A DNA stretch of 64,000 nt from an uncultured Lachnospiraceae bacterium (GTDB taxonomy: Bacteria; Bacillota; Clostridia; Christensenellales; UBA1242): contig CAZFRA010000003.1 of the NCBI GenBank assembly GCA_964521165.1, forward strand, positions 10,076 to 74,075, given 5' to 3'. A model generated the notes under the pieces. It worked only from the letters and a program-made list of their open reading frames with translations. It did no database searches and was not told the origin of the DNA. Numbering within the stretch: the first letter of the stretch is position 1; each line of letters opens with the position of its first letter. Shown here one piece after another: positions 1 to 9,400 of the stretch. The translations under genes were made by a program, and so were the position numbers.

Positions 1-1
1 A

Positions 2-247
2 GAAGTTAGAGGGTCGATAAAAAATATTCTCTCGGGTGGCGAAAAGAAAAGAGTGGATTTGATAAGAACACTCAATAAAGATAAGGACGTTTACTTTTTT
101 GACGAACCAACCAACGAACTCGACGAAAATAATGCTATTAAAGTGATAGAAGAAATAAAAAAACTTAAAAATCAAAACAAAATTATTATTATCATTTCTC
201 ACGACGCGAGAACAAACGAGATTGCAGATGAAATTGTTTCATTATGA
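2..247 (+). CDS. ABC transporter ATP-binding protein, C-terminal fragment (5' end lies outside the window)
   Basis: Frame 2 is open from the window edge. It reads ...NILSGGEKKRVDLIRTL..VYFFDEPTNELD..IIIISHD, which gives the ABC signature LSGGE, Walker B FFDEPT and H-loop SHD. The GTG at 53 in the ORF track is internal to this reading frame. Confidence 0.85.
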   Translation, partial: EVRGSIKNILSGGEKKRVDLIRTLNKDKDVYFFDEPTNELDENNAIKVIEEIKKLKNQNKIIIIISHDARTNEIADEIVSL

Positions 248-313
248 AATAAGAAATTTGTCGATATCAAAAGGTTAAAGTCAAATATTTATCAAATTAC
301 CTAACCTTTATAG

Positions 314-342
314 TTGACAAATTCTTTTTTTTTAGGTATAAT
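314..342 (+). promoter_or_regulatory. Sigma-70-type promoter upstream of rpmH
   Basis: TTGACA at 314-319, a 17-nt spacer, and TATAAT at 337-342. Both hexamers match the consensus perfectly and lie about 90 nt upstream of the rpmH ATG. Confidence 0.6.
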
Positions 343-433
343 AACGCTAGACCTTTAATGCAATTGGAAGTTTTTTATTAAGATACTAAAAATTTCTTTG
401 ACATTTTAAGTTGACTAGAAAAAGGAGAAAAAT

Positions 434-568
434 ATGAAAAGAACATATCAACCTAAGAAAAGCAGAAAACATAAAGTTCACGGTTTTCGCGAAAGAATGA
501 GAACAAAAGGCGGAAGAAATGTTTTAAAAAGACGCAGAGCACGCGGCAGGAAAAAGATTGCGGCTTAG
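434..568 (+). CDS. rpmH: 50S ribosomal protein L34
   Basis: This 44-aa ORF is below the track cutoff. It translates to [44 protein letters not shown], the classic L34 sequence. AAGGAG lies upstream and rnpA follows immediately. Confidence 0.95.
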   Translation: MKRTYQPKKSRKHKVHGFRERMRTKGGRNVLKRRRARGRKKIAA

Positions 569-571
569 TTT

Positions 572-901
572 ATGCATAGACTTCGAAAAAACAAAGAGTT
601 TAATTATATTTACAAAAAAGGGGAAAAAGTGTCGACGCAACATTTCACCCTTTTTGTTGTTAAAAGTAAGTATAATAACTATCGGATTGGCTTTTCTGTT
701 AGCAAAAAACTTGGAAAGGCAAATGTGCGTAACAAACTCAAAAGGCGACTTCGTGAAATAACAAGACGAGACATTTCGATAAAAAATTTCCAAAATTATG
801 TTGTTATGGCGCGTGCTGGCGCAGAAGAATTAGATTTTAAAATACTTCGGGAAGAATTAAAAAAATTGTTTGAAAAATATGAAAAAAAGAAAATTGTATA
901 A
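572..901 (+). CDS. rnpA: Ribonuclease P protein component
   Basis: A 109-aa basic protein that begins RLRKNKEFNYIYKKGEKV..FTLFV...RIGFSVSKKLGKANVRNKLKRRLREI. Its position directly after rpmH is the canonical one. Confidence 0.9.
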   Translation: MHRLRKNKEFNYIYKKGEKVSTQHFTLFVVKSKYNNYRIGFSVSKKLGKANVRNKLKRRLREITRRDISIKNFQNYVVMARAGAEELDFKILREELKKLFEKYEKKKIV

Positions 902-1142
902 AACACTCTTTTTGCTACCTGTTTTGTTTTTTAAATACGTCATTTCGCCACTCCTTCCGCATAGTTGCATTTTCACACCAACCTGTTCGAACTATTTCAT
1001 CGGTTGCGTGGAAGAGTTTGGCGTTTTCAAAGGCGCGTATTTAGGCACAAAACGGCTTTTTAGGTGTGTGCCGTGGCAAAAGAAAAGGGGGTATGACCCT
1101 GTTCCAATAAACTTAAAGGGGGAAAATTTATGGATTCTTTGA
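870..1142 (+). CDS. yidD: Membrane protein insertion efficiency factor YidD
   Basis: Contains YVISPLLPHSCIFTPTCSNYFIGCVEEFGVFKGAYLGTKRLFRCVPW..GYDPVP, the conserved YidD Cys motif region. It overlaps the rnpA 3' end and precedes yidC. Confidence 0.9.
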   Translation: MKNMKKRKLYKTLFLLPVLFFKYVISPLLPHSCIFTPTCSNYFIGCVEEFGVFKGAYLGTKRLFRCVPWQKKRGYDPVPINLKGENLWIL

Positions 1143-2452
1143 TGGGAATTGTCTTAAATTATCCCGGTGGTATGTGGGAAAGTATCATCGGTGGTTTTAA
1201 CTCTGCCATTGGTTCATACATCTGGTCGATTATTTTGCTTGCTGTGTTGGTGAGAATTGTTTTTGTAATTATCGATATTTTTAATAAATACTTTAATATG
1301 AAAAGTATGAACATCAACAACAAGATGAAGCCGGAACTTGATGCTATTCAAAAAAAATATGGACACGATAAAATACTTTTGCAAAAAAAACAACAAGAAG
1401 TTTACAAGAAATATCAATATAATATGGTGGCGACGTGTCTACCGATGCTGATCGTGCTTGTTCTTCAAATGGTGGTTTTCTTAACACTCTGGACAGGTCT
1501 TCAAAATGTTTCGAACTATAATATTGCACTGCAATATGAAAACACAAAAACAGTTTATTATAATGTTTTGCTTTTAAACGAAGATGATGGACTTTTTGAT
1601 AACCTTTATAATAACAGTCTTAGCAGTTTAACATATGGTGAAGACTATGGTGTTGAAGCGGAAATTGATTTAGATGAAATGACAATGACTTTAAATTTTT
1701 ATCTTATTGAAAGTCCAAATGAAATTTTGACACCGGTAATTGTGAATTTGGTGGATTACAACAGTGAAGACGGTATAATTGCCAATGAAAAAATTATAGA
1801 AATTATCAATCAATATGCCAACGAATATGTTGACGACGCAACCGGAAATTCAGTTTCTGCGCAGAAAGCGTTGACAGACAAACAAAAAAATATCAAACTT
1901 ATGGCAGAAGATATTGCGGCAGATTATTATATTGATAACCTTCAAAGTTTCTTATGGATAAAAAATATATATAAATCAGAAACTCCAACAACAAGTCCAA
2001 TATTTGACAAAAGCGAAATTGTAAGTTATTTAAGCAATTATTATACCGATGTCGAAGTTGAAAGCGTATATGAAGATGAAATTTTCGACTATGTTGTTGC
2101 TGGACTTAACAACAGAGATTTAGGTGTAAATGGTTATTATATTCTGGTTATTCTTGCAGTCTTAACATCTTTCCTTTCTATTTTTATCAATAACAAACTT
2201 ATGAAAAAAGGCTCAACACAACAACCGGGCGGAAAAGCGATGTATTTCATTATACCAATCATTATGGGTATTTTCACCTTAATGTATACGAGTTTGTTTG
2301 CGATATACATTATTATTGGTCAACTTGTAATGATGATTTTCTCACCGTTTACCAATCTTATTGTTAAGAAGTGGGTGGACAAGAGTGCCCAAAAACAAGA
2401 GAAAAAACGTCAAGAAGTTATAGATGTTGACTATCGTCGCAAAGATATGTAA
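1130..2452 (+). CDS. yidC: YidC/Oxa1-family membrane protein insertase
   Basis: A 440-aa polytopic membrane protein in the rnpA-yidD-yidC position. AAGGGGGA lies 7 nt upstream of the ATG, there is a basic C-terminal tail, and a terminator follows. Confidence 0.85.
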   Translation: MDSLMGIVLNYPGGMWESIIGGFNSAIGSYIWSIILLAVLVRIVFVIIDIFNKYFNMKSMNINNKMKPELDAIQKKYGHDKILLQKKQQEVYKKYQYNMVATCLPMLIVLVLQMVVFLTLWTGLQNVSNYNIALQYENTKTVYYNVLLLNEDDGLFDNLYNNSLSSLTYGEDYGVEAEIDLDEMTMTLNFYLIESPNEILTPVIVNLVDYNSEDGIIANEKIIEIINQYANEYVDDATGNSVSAQKALTDKQKNIKLMAEDIAADYYIDNLQSFLWIKNIYKSETPTTSPIFDKSEIVSYLSNYYTDVEVESVYEDEIFDYVVAGLNNRDLGVNGYYILVILAVLTSFLSIFINNKLMKKGSTQQPGGKAMYFIIPIIMGIFTLMYTSLFAIYIIIGQLVMMIFSPFTNLIVKKWVDKSAQKQEKKRQEVIDVDYRRKDM

Positions 2453-2457
2453 TAAAA

Positions 2458-2489
2458 AAAGATAGTGCAAAAAGCATTATCTTTTTTTA
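2458..2489 (+). terminator. Rho-independent terminator after yidC
   Basis: Stem GATAGTGC (2461-2468) pairs with GCATTATC (2474-2481) with one G:U pair, followed by a T7 tract. Confidence 0.6.
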
Positions 2490-2699
2490 TCTTTTAACTT
2501 ATCACCTAACATTTTGTTTACCAAAGGTTGTGAAGATGGTGGTGAGCATAACCCGATGAATTTTTTTGTTAAAATTAAACGATATTTTAGTTGTGTTGGC
2601 AGGTAACAACTTTTTGATAAAAATGTTTTTTATGTAAAAAAAGTAATTAAAAATATTGGACATAATGAACATACAACATTTTATTACAAAAGAAAAACT

Positions 2700-3254
2700 T
2701 TATTCTAAATTAAAAAACTTTCTATATTCTCGCATCACAATATCGGCAAGTTCTTCCGGCGAAGAAGTTTTACTGGAGAGTATCAGGTTATAGTTGGAAA
2801 AATCGGTATTATCCACGCCATAAAATTTTTTGTATCGCAGATTTTCCGCATTGAAACGTTCAATCAATGTTCGTCTTGCGGCTTCAACATCCTCATATTT
2901 TTCCAGGCCAATTCTGTCAGAGTTTGCCAATCTTTTTGCCATTTCTTCTTCATCAAGGTCGATAAAAACTTTGAATGAATGTGGAATAAAATGCCAAGCA
3001 AGGCGAGAATCAAAAACCACATTTTCATCTTTCCAAAGGTTGCCAAGTTCGGTGGTTTTCTTATCAATATAGTTATCATACTTTGGGTCTGACAACAAAA
3101 ACTTATTAAATTCTTCAGCACTCATTCCTCTTTTATGTGCTTCTTCTTTAAAAATATCGCCAACGGAATAAATCTTAAAACCATATTTATCTTGCAAAAT
3201 TTTTGCTACGCTACTTTTACCGCTGACAGGTTTGCCCGTTAAAGAAATTATCAT
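2700..3254 (-). CDS. Cytidylate kinase-like (type 2) P-loop nucleoside monophosphate kinase
   Basis: P-loop at the N terminus, MIISLTGKPVSGKSSVAKIL. It is 184 aa, and the layout ...VFDSRLAWHF...VFIDLD...RL resembles archaeal-type CMP kinase family proteins. AAGGAG SD present. Confidence 0.6.
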   Translation of the reverse strand: MIISLTGKPVSGKSSVAKILQDKYGFKIYSVGDIFKEEAHKRGMSAEEFNKFLLSDPKYDNYIDKKTTELGNLWKDENVVFDSRLAWHFIPHSFKVFIDLDEEEMAKRLANSDRIGLEKYEDVEAARRTLIERFNAENLRYKKFYGVDNTDFSNYNLILSSKTSSPEELADIVMREYRKFFNLE

Positions 3255-3403
3255 ACAAACTCCTTATTTGAAAAGTATTATACAACAAAAAAGAAAAAAA
3301 GTTAAATGAAAAACCAAAAAATAAAGAAAAAACAAAAATACTTTATAAATTTAAAAAATTTAAACTCTTTTTTAAAATAAATTTAAAAATAACGTAAATA
3401 TTT

Positions 3404-3432
3404 TTGAAATTCTTAAAATGATGTGATATAAT
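3404..3432 (+). promoter_or_regulatory. Promoter upstream of deoD (extended -10)
   Basis: TTGAAA at 3404-3409, a 17-nt spacer, and TGaTATAAT at 3424-3432. Confidence 0.55.
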
Positions 3433-3453
3433 AATTAAGGAAGGGGAGAATGA

Positions 3454-4161
3454 ATGGCAACACCACACAACGAAGCAAACAAAGGAGATATTGCTAAAAG
3501 AATCATTTTAACTGGTGACCCGAACCGTGCCACAAAAATTAAGGATATTTTAATGCCGGACGCCAAACTTGTGAATAATATCCGCGGAATGAAAACATAC
3601 ACCGGGACTATCAACGGAAAGAAATTGTCGATTATGGCTCACGGAATGGGTTGTGCATCAATGGGAATTTACGCACACGAATTGTTCGATTATTATGACG
3701 TGGAAAAAGCAATACGAATTGGAACAATAGGCTCACTTAAAAAAGAAATTTCGCTTAAATCGATGATAATTGCGAAAAAATCATTCACAAAAACGAATTT
3801 TGACAATTATTTTATTAATAACGGTGCAAGTTTTGTTGATGCCAGCGAAAATATGGTTAAGTGTGCCGAAAGAATTTTTGAAAAAGAAAACATTGAATAT
3901 TATTCTGGAACGATTTTGTGTTCGGACAATTTTTACACAGATGAAAATCAACTCGAATTGGCAAAAAAATACGACTTGCTTGGTGTGGAAATGGAAAGTG
4001 CAGCGCTTAATTTAATGGCGCAAAAATTCAATAAACAGGCCTTAACAATTTGCAATGTTTCTGACAATATCGCCACAAACAAATCGATAAGCGCGAAAGA
4101 AAGAGAAGATATGTTCGAAAATTTATCCAAACTTGCTGTTCAAATTCTCTTTGAAGAATAA
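3454..4161 (+). CDS. deoD: Purine nucleoside phosphorylase, DeoD type
   Basis: MATPHNEANKGDIAKRIILTGDPNRA...NIRGMKTYTGTINGKKLSIMAHGMGCASMGIYAHEL...GVEMESAAL is close to the enterobacterial DeoD pattern (MATPHI..GDP.RA..VRGM..FTG.Y.G..ISVMGHGMG). Confidence 0.9.
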   Translation: MATPHNEANKGDIAKRIILTGDPNRATKIKDILMPDAKLVNNIRGMKTYTGTINGKKLSIMAHGMGCASMGIYAHELFDYYDVEKAIRIGTIGSLKKEISLKSMIIAKKSFTKTNFDNYFINNGASFVDASENMVKCAERIFEKENIEYYSGTILCSDNFYTDENQLELAKKYDLLGVEMESAALNLMAQKFNKQALTICNVSDNIATNKSISAKEREDMFENLSKLAVQILFEE

Positions 4162-4176
4162 AAGGGGGAAAGAAAA

Positions 4177-4995
4177 ATGCGTTCAGTTGAAGCAACAGGG
4201 AAGAATATCGAACAGGCGGTGGAAAACGCGCTTTTTGAACTTAAAGCAGCAAGAGAAGATGTCGATATTAAAATTTTAAGCGAAGGTGGTTTTTTGAAAA
4301 AAGCCAAGGTTTTGGTAACAATTTCGGAAGACGCTCTTCCAAAATATGAGAAGAAAGAAGAATTTAAAAAGCAAGAGAAAAACGAAAAAATTGAAGAAAA
4401 AGAAGATGATTTTGTGGAAAAATTCTTCGCCAAAAAGGCGGAAATAACAAGCGAGACGGCCAATATCCAAATTGTTGCAGACGAAGAATACATCAAAGTT
4501 GACAAAAACGACACAGTTGAAGAAGAAAAAACGGAATATTTCGAGAAAAAAGTTGATGCAGAAGATTTTTTAAAGAAACTTTTGAAGGCGCTGGGCTTAA
4601 CGGCAGAAATACGCCAAGAAGAAGACGAAAGGTTTGTGCGCTACACTCTTACAGGCGACAATTTAAGCGAGCTTATCGGTCATCACGGCGAATGTTTATA
4701 TGCAATTTCTTCATTTTTGAGTGCGGTTTGCCGAACGGATAATAGGAAAAAAGTTGTGCTTGATGTGGAGAATTATCGAGAAAAACGTGCAGAAACTTTG
4801 ACCGCGCTTGCAAAACGTGTGGCATCCAAGGTGTCAAAAAGTGGAAGATATTATAAATTCGAACCAATGAATGCCAGTGAAAGAAAGGTGATTCACACTG
4901 CGCTGCAAAATGACGATCGTGTAACCACAATGAGCAAAGGTGAAGAACCACGTAGATATTTGATTGTTTTCCCAAGAGAATATCGTGAAAATTAA
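4177..4995 (+). CDS. jag: RNA-binding protein KhpB/Jag (Jag_N, KH and R3H domains)
   Basis: The N terminus is VEATGKNIEQAVENALFELKAAREDVDIKILSEG (Jag_N). The C terminus is FEPMNASERKVIHTALQNDDRVTTMSKGEEPRRYLIVFP (R3H). A Glu/Lys-rich linker sits in between. Confidence 0.85.
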   Translation: MRSVEATGKNIEQAVENALFELKAAREDVDIKILSEGGFLKKAKVLVTISEDALPKYEKKEEFKKQEKNEKIEEKEDDFVEKFFAKKAEITSETANIQIVADEEYIKVDKNDTVEEEKTEYFEKKVDAEDFLKKLLKALGLTAEIRQEEDERFVRYTLTGDNLSELIGHHGECLYAISSFLSAVCRTDNRKKVVLDVENYREKRAETLTALAKRVASKVSKSGRYYKFEPMNASERKVIHTALQNDDRVTTMSKGEEPRRYLIVFPREYREN

Positions 4996-4996
4996 A

Positions 4997-5023
4997 AAAG
5001 AGCAAAACCGCTCTTTTTTTTAT
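4997..5023 (+). terminator. Probable rho-independent terminator after jag
   Basis: AAAGAGC-AAAACC-GCTCTTT hairpin followed by a T-run. The stem is short and A/T-extended. Confidence 0.45.
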
Positions 5024-5241
5024 TACATTTTTCTAAATAAATAAAAAAATAAAAAATTTGGAAAAAATAAAAAAATGTATAAATTTAAATAAAAAGAACT
5101 AATAAAATAAGGAATTAACAATTTATTATTTATCTTTATTTATGGTATTTTCATTAATTTTTATTGATTTTTTTAATATTTTCTTATTATTTTTTAAATT
5201 TTTTCATTATTTTTAACAAATAATGTTTATTTTTTTGAAAA

Positions 5242-6006
5242 TTATAAACACAAATCCAGAATTAACATAAGAACAAAACCGAACATAAATGACCATACAC
5301 CAACAGTTGTTTTTTCGTTTATGTGAAGTTCAGGTAAAAGTTCTTCAATAACCACATATATCATTGCGCCGGCGGAAAATGATAAGAGCCAAGGCATAAG
5401 GAAAGTAAGTTTGCTCGCCAGAAAAAAGCCAAAAATGGCAAAAACAGGTTCAACAATTCCGCTTAAACTGCCAAAAACAAACGCTTTTCTTTTACTTTTT
5501 AAGGTTTGATACATTGGAAGTGCCACCGCCAAACCTTCAGGAAAATTTTGTAAAGCAATACCAACAGCAACCATAATTGCCGGTAAAAAATTGCCGGAAG
5601 TGGCAAAAACTGCGCCAAAAGCAAATCCAACTGAAAGTCCTTCGGGAATATTGTGCACAGTAACGGCGGTGAAGAGTTTATATGCCTTAAACCGCGTTTT
5701 ATCCTTTTGTAAACTCGAAAAATGCCCGGTGATTATGTCTAAAAGAACCATAAAAATACCACCAAAAAGGAAACCGAACGCGACAGGAAAAATAAAAAAG
5801 TCTCCAAAATACGTTTCTGAATATTCAATTGCGGGAAAGAGCAATGACCAAATTGACGCAGAAAGCATTATTCCAGATGCGAAACCTATGGTCAACATAT
5901 TGACAAGAGTGGACGGTTTCTTTAAGAAGAAAACGCAACTTGCGCCCAAAGTTGTCATAATAAAGATGATTGTAAAGCCGATTACGATGTAAAAAATATC
6001 ACTCAT
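5242..6006 (-). CDS. ZIP-family (ZupT-like) divalent metal transporter
   Basis: A polytopic membrane protein with the ZIP signatures HNIPEGLSVGFAF and LQNFPEGLAVALP. I prefer the ATG at 6006 (MSDIFYIV..., 254 aa) over the track's TTG at 6075, which has no SD. Confidence 0.8.
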   Translation of the reverse strand: MSDIFYIVIGFTIIFIMTTLGASCVFFLKKPSTLVNMLTIGFASGIMLSASIWSLLFPAIEYSETYFGDFFIFPVAFGFLFGGIFMVLLDIITGHFSSLQKDKTRFKAYKLFTAVTVHNIPEGLSVGFAFGAVFATSGNFLPAIMVAVGIALQNFPEGLAVALPMYQTLKSKRKAFVFGSLSGIVEPVFAIFGFFLASKLTFLMPWLLSFSAGAMIYVVIEELLPELHINEKTTVGVWSFMFGFVLMLILDLCL

Positions 6007-6374
6007 AATTTTCTCATAAGTTTGTTTTGGTGAACAAAAATGCACCTTAGTATCATCGTATGTTAAAAAAGACAATTTCGTTCGACAGGTAAAAAAAATT
6101 AAAAAATATCAAAAAAATTCATAAAAAATTAATATTTTTTCATAAAAAATGGGTATTTTTTCAAATTTTTCTAAATTTAAACCTAATTTTATTAATTTTT
6201 TGAATAAAAATTTAAAAATAGCAAAAAATACAAGAAAAAACGCAAAAAAAATTAAAAAAAATTTAATTTTTTGAAAATTTATAATTACGGATATATCGTT
6301 AAAGTAGCAATTTTGCTGAAATCTTTCTTTTGAGCATCATAAAAATAATTTTTTTAATTTTCTAGACAATAAAT

Positions 6375-6404
6375 TTGACTTTTTATGCACACTTTATTTA
6401 TAAT
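6375..6404 (+). promoter_or_regulatory. Candidate promoter for the giant ORF
   Basis: TTGACT at 6375-6380, an 18-nt spacer, and TATAAT at 6399-6404. An AGGAGA SD at 6458-6463 lies 6 nt before ATG 6470. It sits at the end of a roughly 300-bp A-tract-rich region. Confidence 0.4.
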
Positions 6405-6469
6405 ATTAAAAAAGGGGATTTTCTGCAATTTTTTAAGACTGCCCTGAAAGAATTTTTAGGAGACTAGTT

Positions 6470-9400
6470 ATGGAATATTTAAGACGAAAATTTGGGTTTA
6501 TAATTTTTGCGAGTATTTTGATGCTTGTAACAACTTGTGGACTCGGAACAAGTTTTTTACTTGGCGCGTCAACAACAAGTTACCTATCACAAGAATTGAA
6601 GGAGGACGATGAAGGCAAAGTATCCGCCTTGTCTGATGATACTACTGTATACAACGGTAAGTATGAAACATCGGCGTTGAGTTTTTCATCGGGCGACAGT
6701 GTGGATATTATCAACTCTTTAATTGTGACAGATTCAACTTCAATGTTGGGAAGTTTGGATGGGGTTGATATTCAAATTTCTAACTCAATTTTCGTTTACA
6801 CTGGCGCAGGAACAGCAACACTATTTTCGTCCAGCAATTCTTCGTCAAGCATAAAAATCGACAATGTTGTTCTTTATGCAAGTAATGGCGGTTCGTTTAA
6901 TGTGGATGATATTAACACAAGTATGATTGTTGGCGGACTTGTTTATGGCTCCATCGCCAGCAATGTAACTTATTACTATGATTATAGTGACAGCAAAGAA
7001 TTTAAAGAAATTGGAGCAAATTTAACCACGCTTTTGGGACAAGTAAGTTTCCTAGCTTCTAATACATATACTTTTGATGGCACGATTTACACAATTTGGA
7101 ATGGTTCATGGATGTTTAACAATAATGGTTGGGCTTATGCTGCAACAGAATATATTGAGTCAGCAAGTGCGTCAAGTACCCCTTGGAATAGTCTTGAAGG
7201 GGTATATCCGTATCCTGCACAATACATTTTGGATTATGCAGAAATAGATACAAATGAAGTTGTCTATTTATATGCAGGCGTTGGAGATGAATATGAATCG
7301 TCTAAAATCACTGTTTATCTCTCTGAATCAAACAAAATTGGGTTAGATAATACTTTTATTTTATCAAGAACTGGATATAGACAAGTGGGTTGGTACGTGT
7401 ATCCTGATTCAATTGGAACAGGAAATCATTCGACAGAAGTTATAATAAATTTTGACAATTATCCAAATGGCATTTCGCTTTACGCAGCGTGGGAAATTGC
7501 AAATTATACAATCACATACAATGCGAACGGTGGGAGTGTTTCATCTTCTACTGAATCTTACACCATTGAAGATACAGTCACTTTGGAAGAACCAACACGC
7601 ACTGGCTATGAATTCGACGGTTGGAAACCAGAGTCAACTGTTGGTAGTTGGGATAGTGGCAAAATATACAGTGATGAAGAGGAATTTTCTGGAATGTATG
7701 GCGATGTCACACTTGTTGCTCAATGGTCAGCATTGATGATTAAAGTTAATATCGACCTTAATGACTCAACTGCAAAAACAGATTCAAGTTCTGCAAACGG
7801 CTCAACGGCGGTAACTGGTGACACAATGCTTTCTTATGAAACAAACGGCGTTTATATTAGATATAACACTACAAACATATATTCCGACAGCGCCGGAGAA
7901 AACCAAATTACCAGTCTTGCACCAACACGCACTGGTTATGCATTTGCAGGATTTGCTTTATCAGCAAATTCTTCTGCCGTTATTATCGATGCAAACGGCG
8001 TTCTTTTGTATAACTGGACAACGACTAATATCAGCTCAAGTGCTGCCACCGATGAAGGAGTAACATTGTATGCTATTTGGACGGCAGAAACTTACAGTAT
8101 AACATATTATTATCGCAATTCAAGTGGGACGCAAACTTCAACAACAGACTCAAGAACATTTGATTCAAGTTTCGAAACATTATCATCTGTCAGTGGAATA
8201 TATTCATCAAATGGTTGGAGTTTAATTGGTTGGTCGACAAGTGATTCAAGCACGAGCGCAACTTATTCAGTAGGCGAAACTGTTTCAGATTACAATTCAA
8301 GCACCGATACTCTTTCGTTTTATGCGATTGCTTCACGAACAATACAAATAACCTACGATGCAAACGCGGGAAGTGATACGGTTTCTAGTCTGCCGAGTTC
8401 GCAAAGTGCGACGCAGAATTGGAATATGTATAATAATGTGTATAATGTTGAAAGTTTAACGATAAATTCAACTGAGCCGACACGGACGGGCTATACCTTC
8501 CTTGGTTGGTCAACAGATAGTTCGGCAAGTGCAGCGGATTCAAGTTATGCAGGTGGTACCACTGTTAATTTCACCTACAGCAGTTTAGCAAGTATCCCAC
8601 TTTATGCCGTTTGGCAAGCGAATACATACTCAGTGACGGTTAATGCGAATGGCGGAACAAATGGTAACCAAACAATTAGTTCTGTGTCTTATGATGAAGC
8701 AACAAAAATTGATCTTGATATTAGTTGGGAAAAAGACGGGTACAGTTCGGCTGGTTATTTCTGGGCGTATGAAATTGATGAAGAACCTGGCTCTTACACA
8801 ACAATTGATAGTTGGGAAGAAGTGACCGGTGAAGGGAACTATTATTATAACGGGCAGTATTATTATGTCCAAGTTGCAACTACTGTGAACAATTTGAATT
8901 TAACAGATCCAGGAATTTATTATTATGACGATGACGGCGACTATTATGTTTACAACTTAACATCAGAGAATGGCGGAAATGCGACAATTTATGTTCTTTG
9001 GGATGTGGACCAAGCATATGAATACAAAGTAAACTTTATTGAATTGAACGCAAGCGAAAATGTAACTATTTTAATTTCAACTAATGATTCAAGTTCAGAA
9101 ATTTCTGAAGGTGGTACTTTCGCAATTTATGGAGCGTATAACGCAACGATAACTGTGACTGTGCAACTTGGTTTTAGTAGTAATTATTATTACTATGTAT
9201 CTTCAAGCGAGTTAAGTGCGGCACCTGAATCACTTGGAACTGGCGATTTTATAACATCAACAAACAGTAAAACTTTCACTTTAGGTGGCACTAATGGTTA
9301 TGGCACCACACTGAATTTGTATTTATATCAAGTATACACTATTGAATATGAAGACGGAGAAGGTGGAAGTATTGAAAGTATTGCCACCCAATATAAACTC

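Noticed and set aside
524-793. Antisense or alternate-frame ORFs overlapping well-supported genes: 524-793(-), 558-761(+), 4140-4514(-), 5591-5992(+), 41158-41646(-), 44800-45234(+), 47050-47457(-), 48311-48823(-) and 62966-63370(-).
   Set aside because: Each overlaps a gene with clear family motifs on the other strand or frame. They have low-complexity or hydrophobic 'shadow' composition.
5024-5241. An extremely AT-rich ~220-bp spacer between convergent jag and the ZIP gene, considered as a possible sRNA or origin-like unwinding element.
   Set aside because: I could find no promoter-like hexamer pair, no stable hairpin and no DnaA boxes. It is most simply a low-complexity intergenic spacer.
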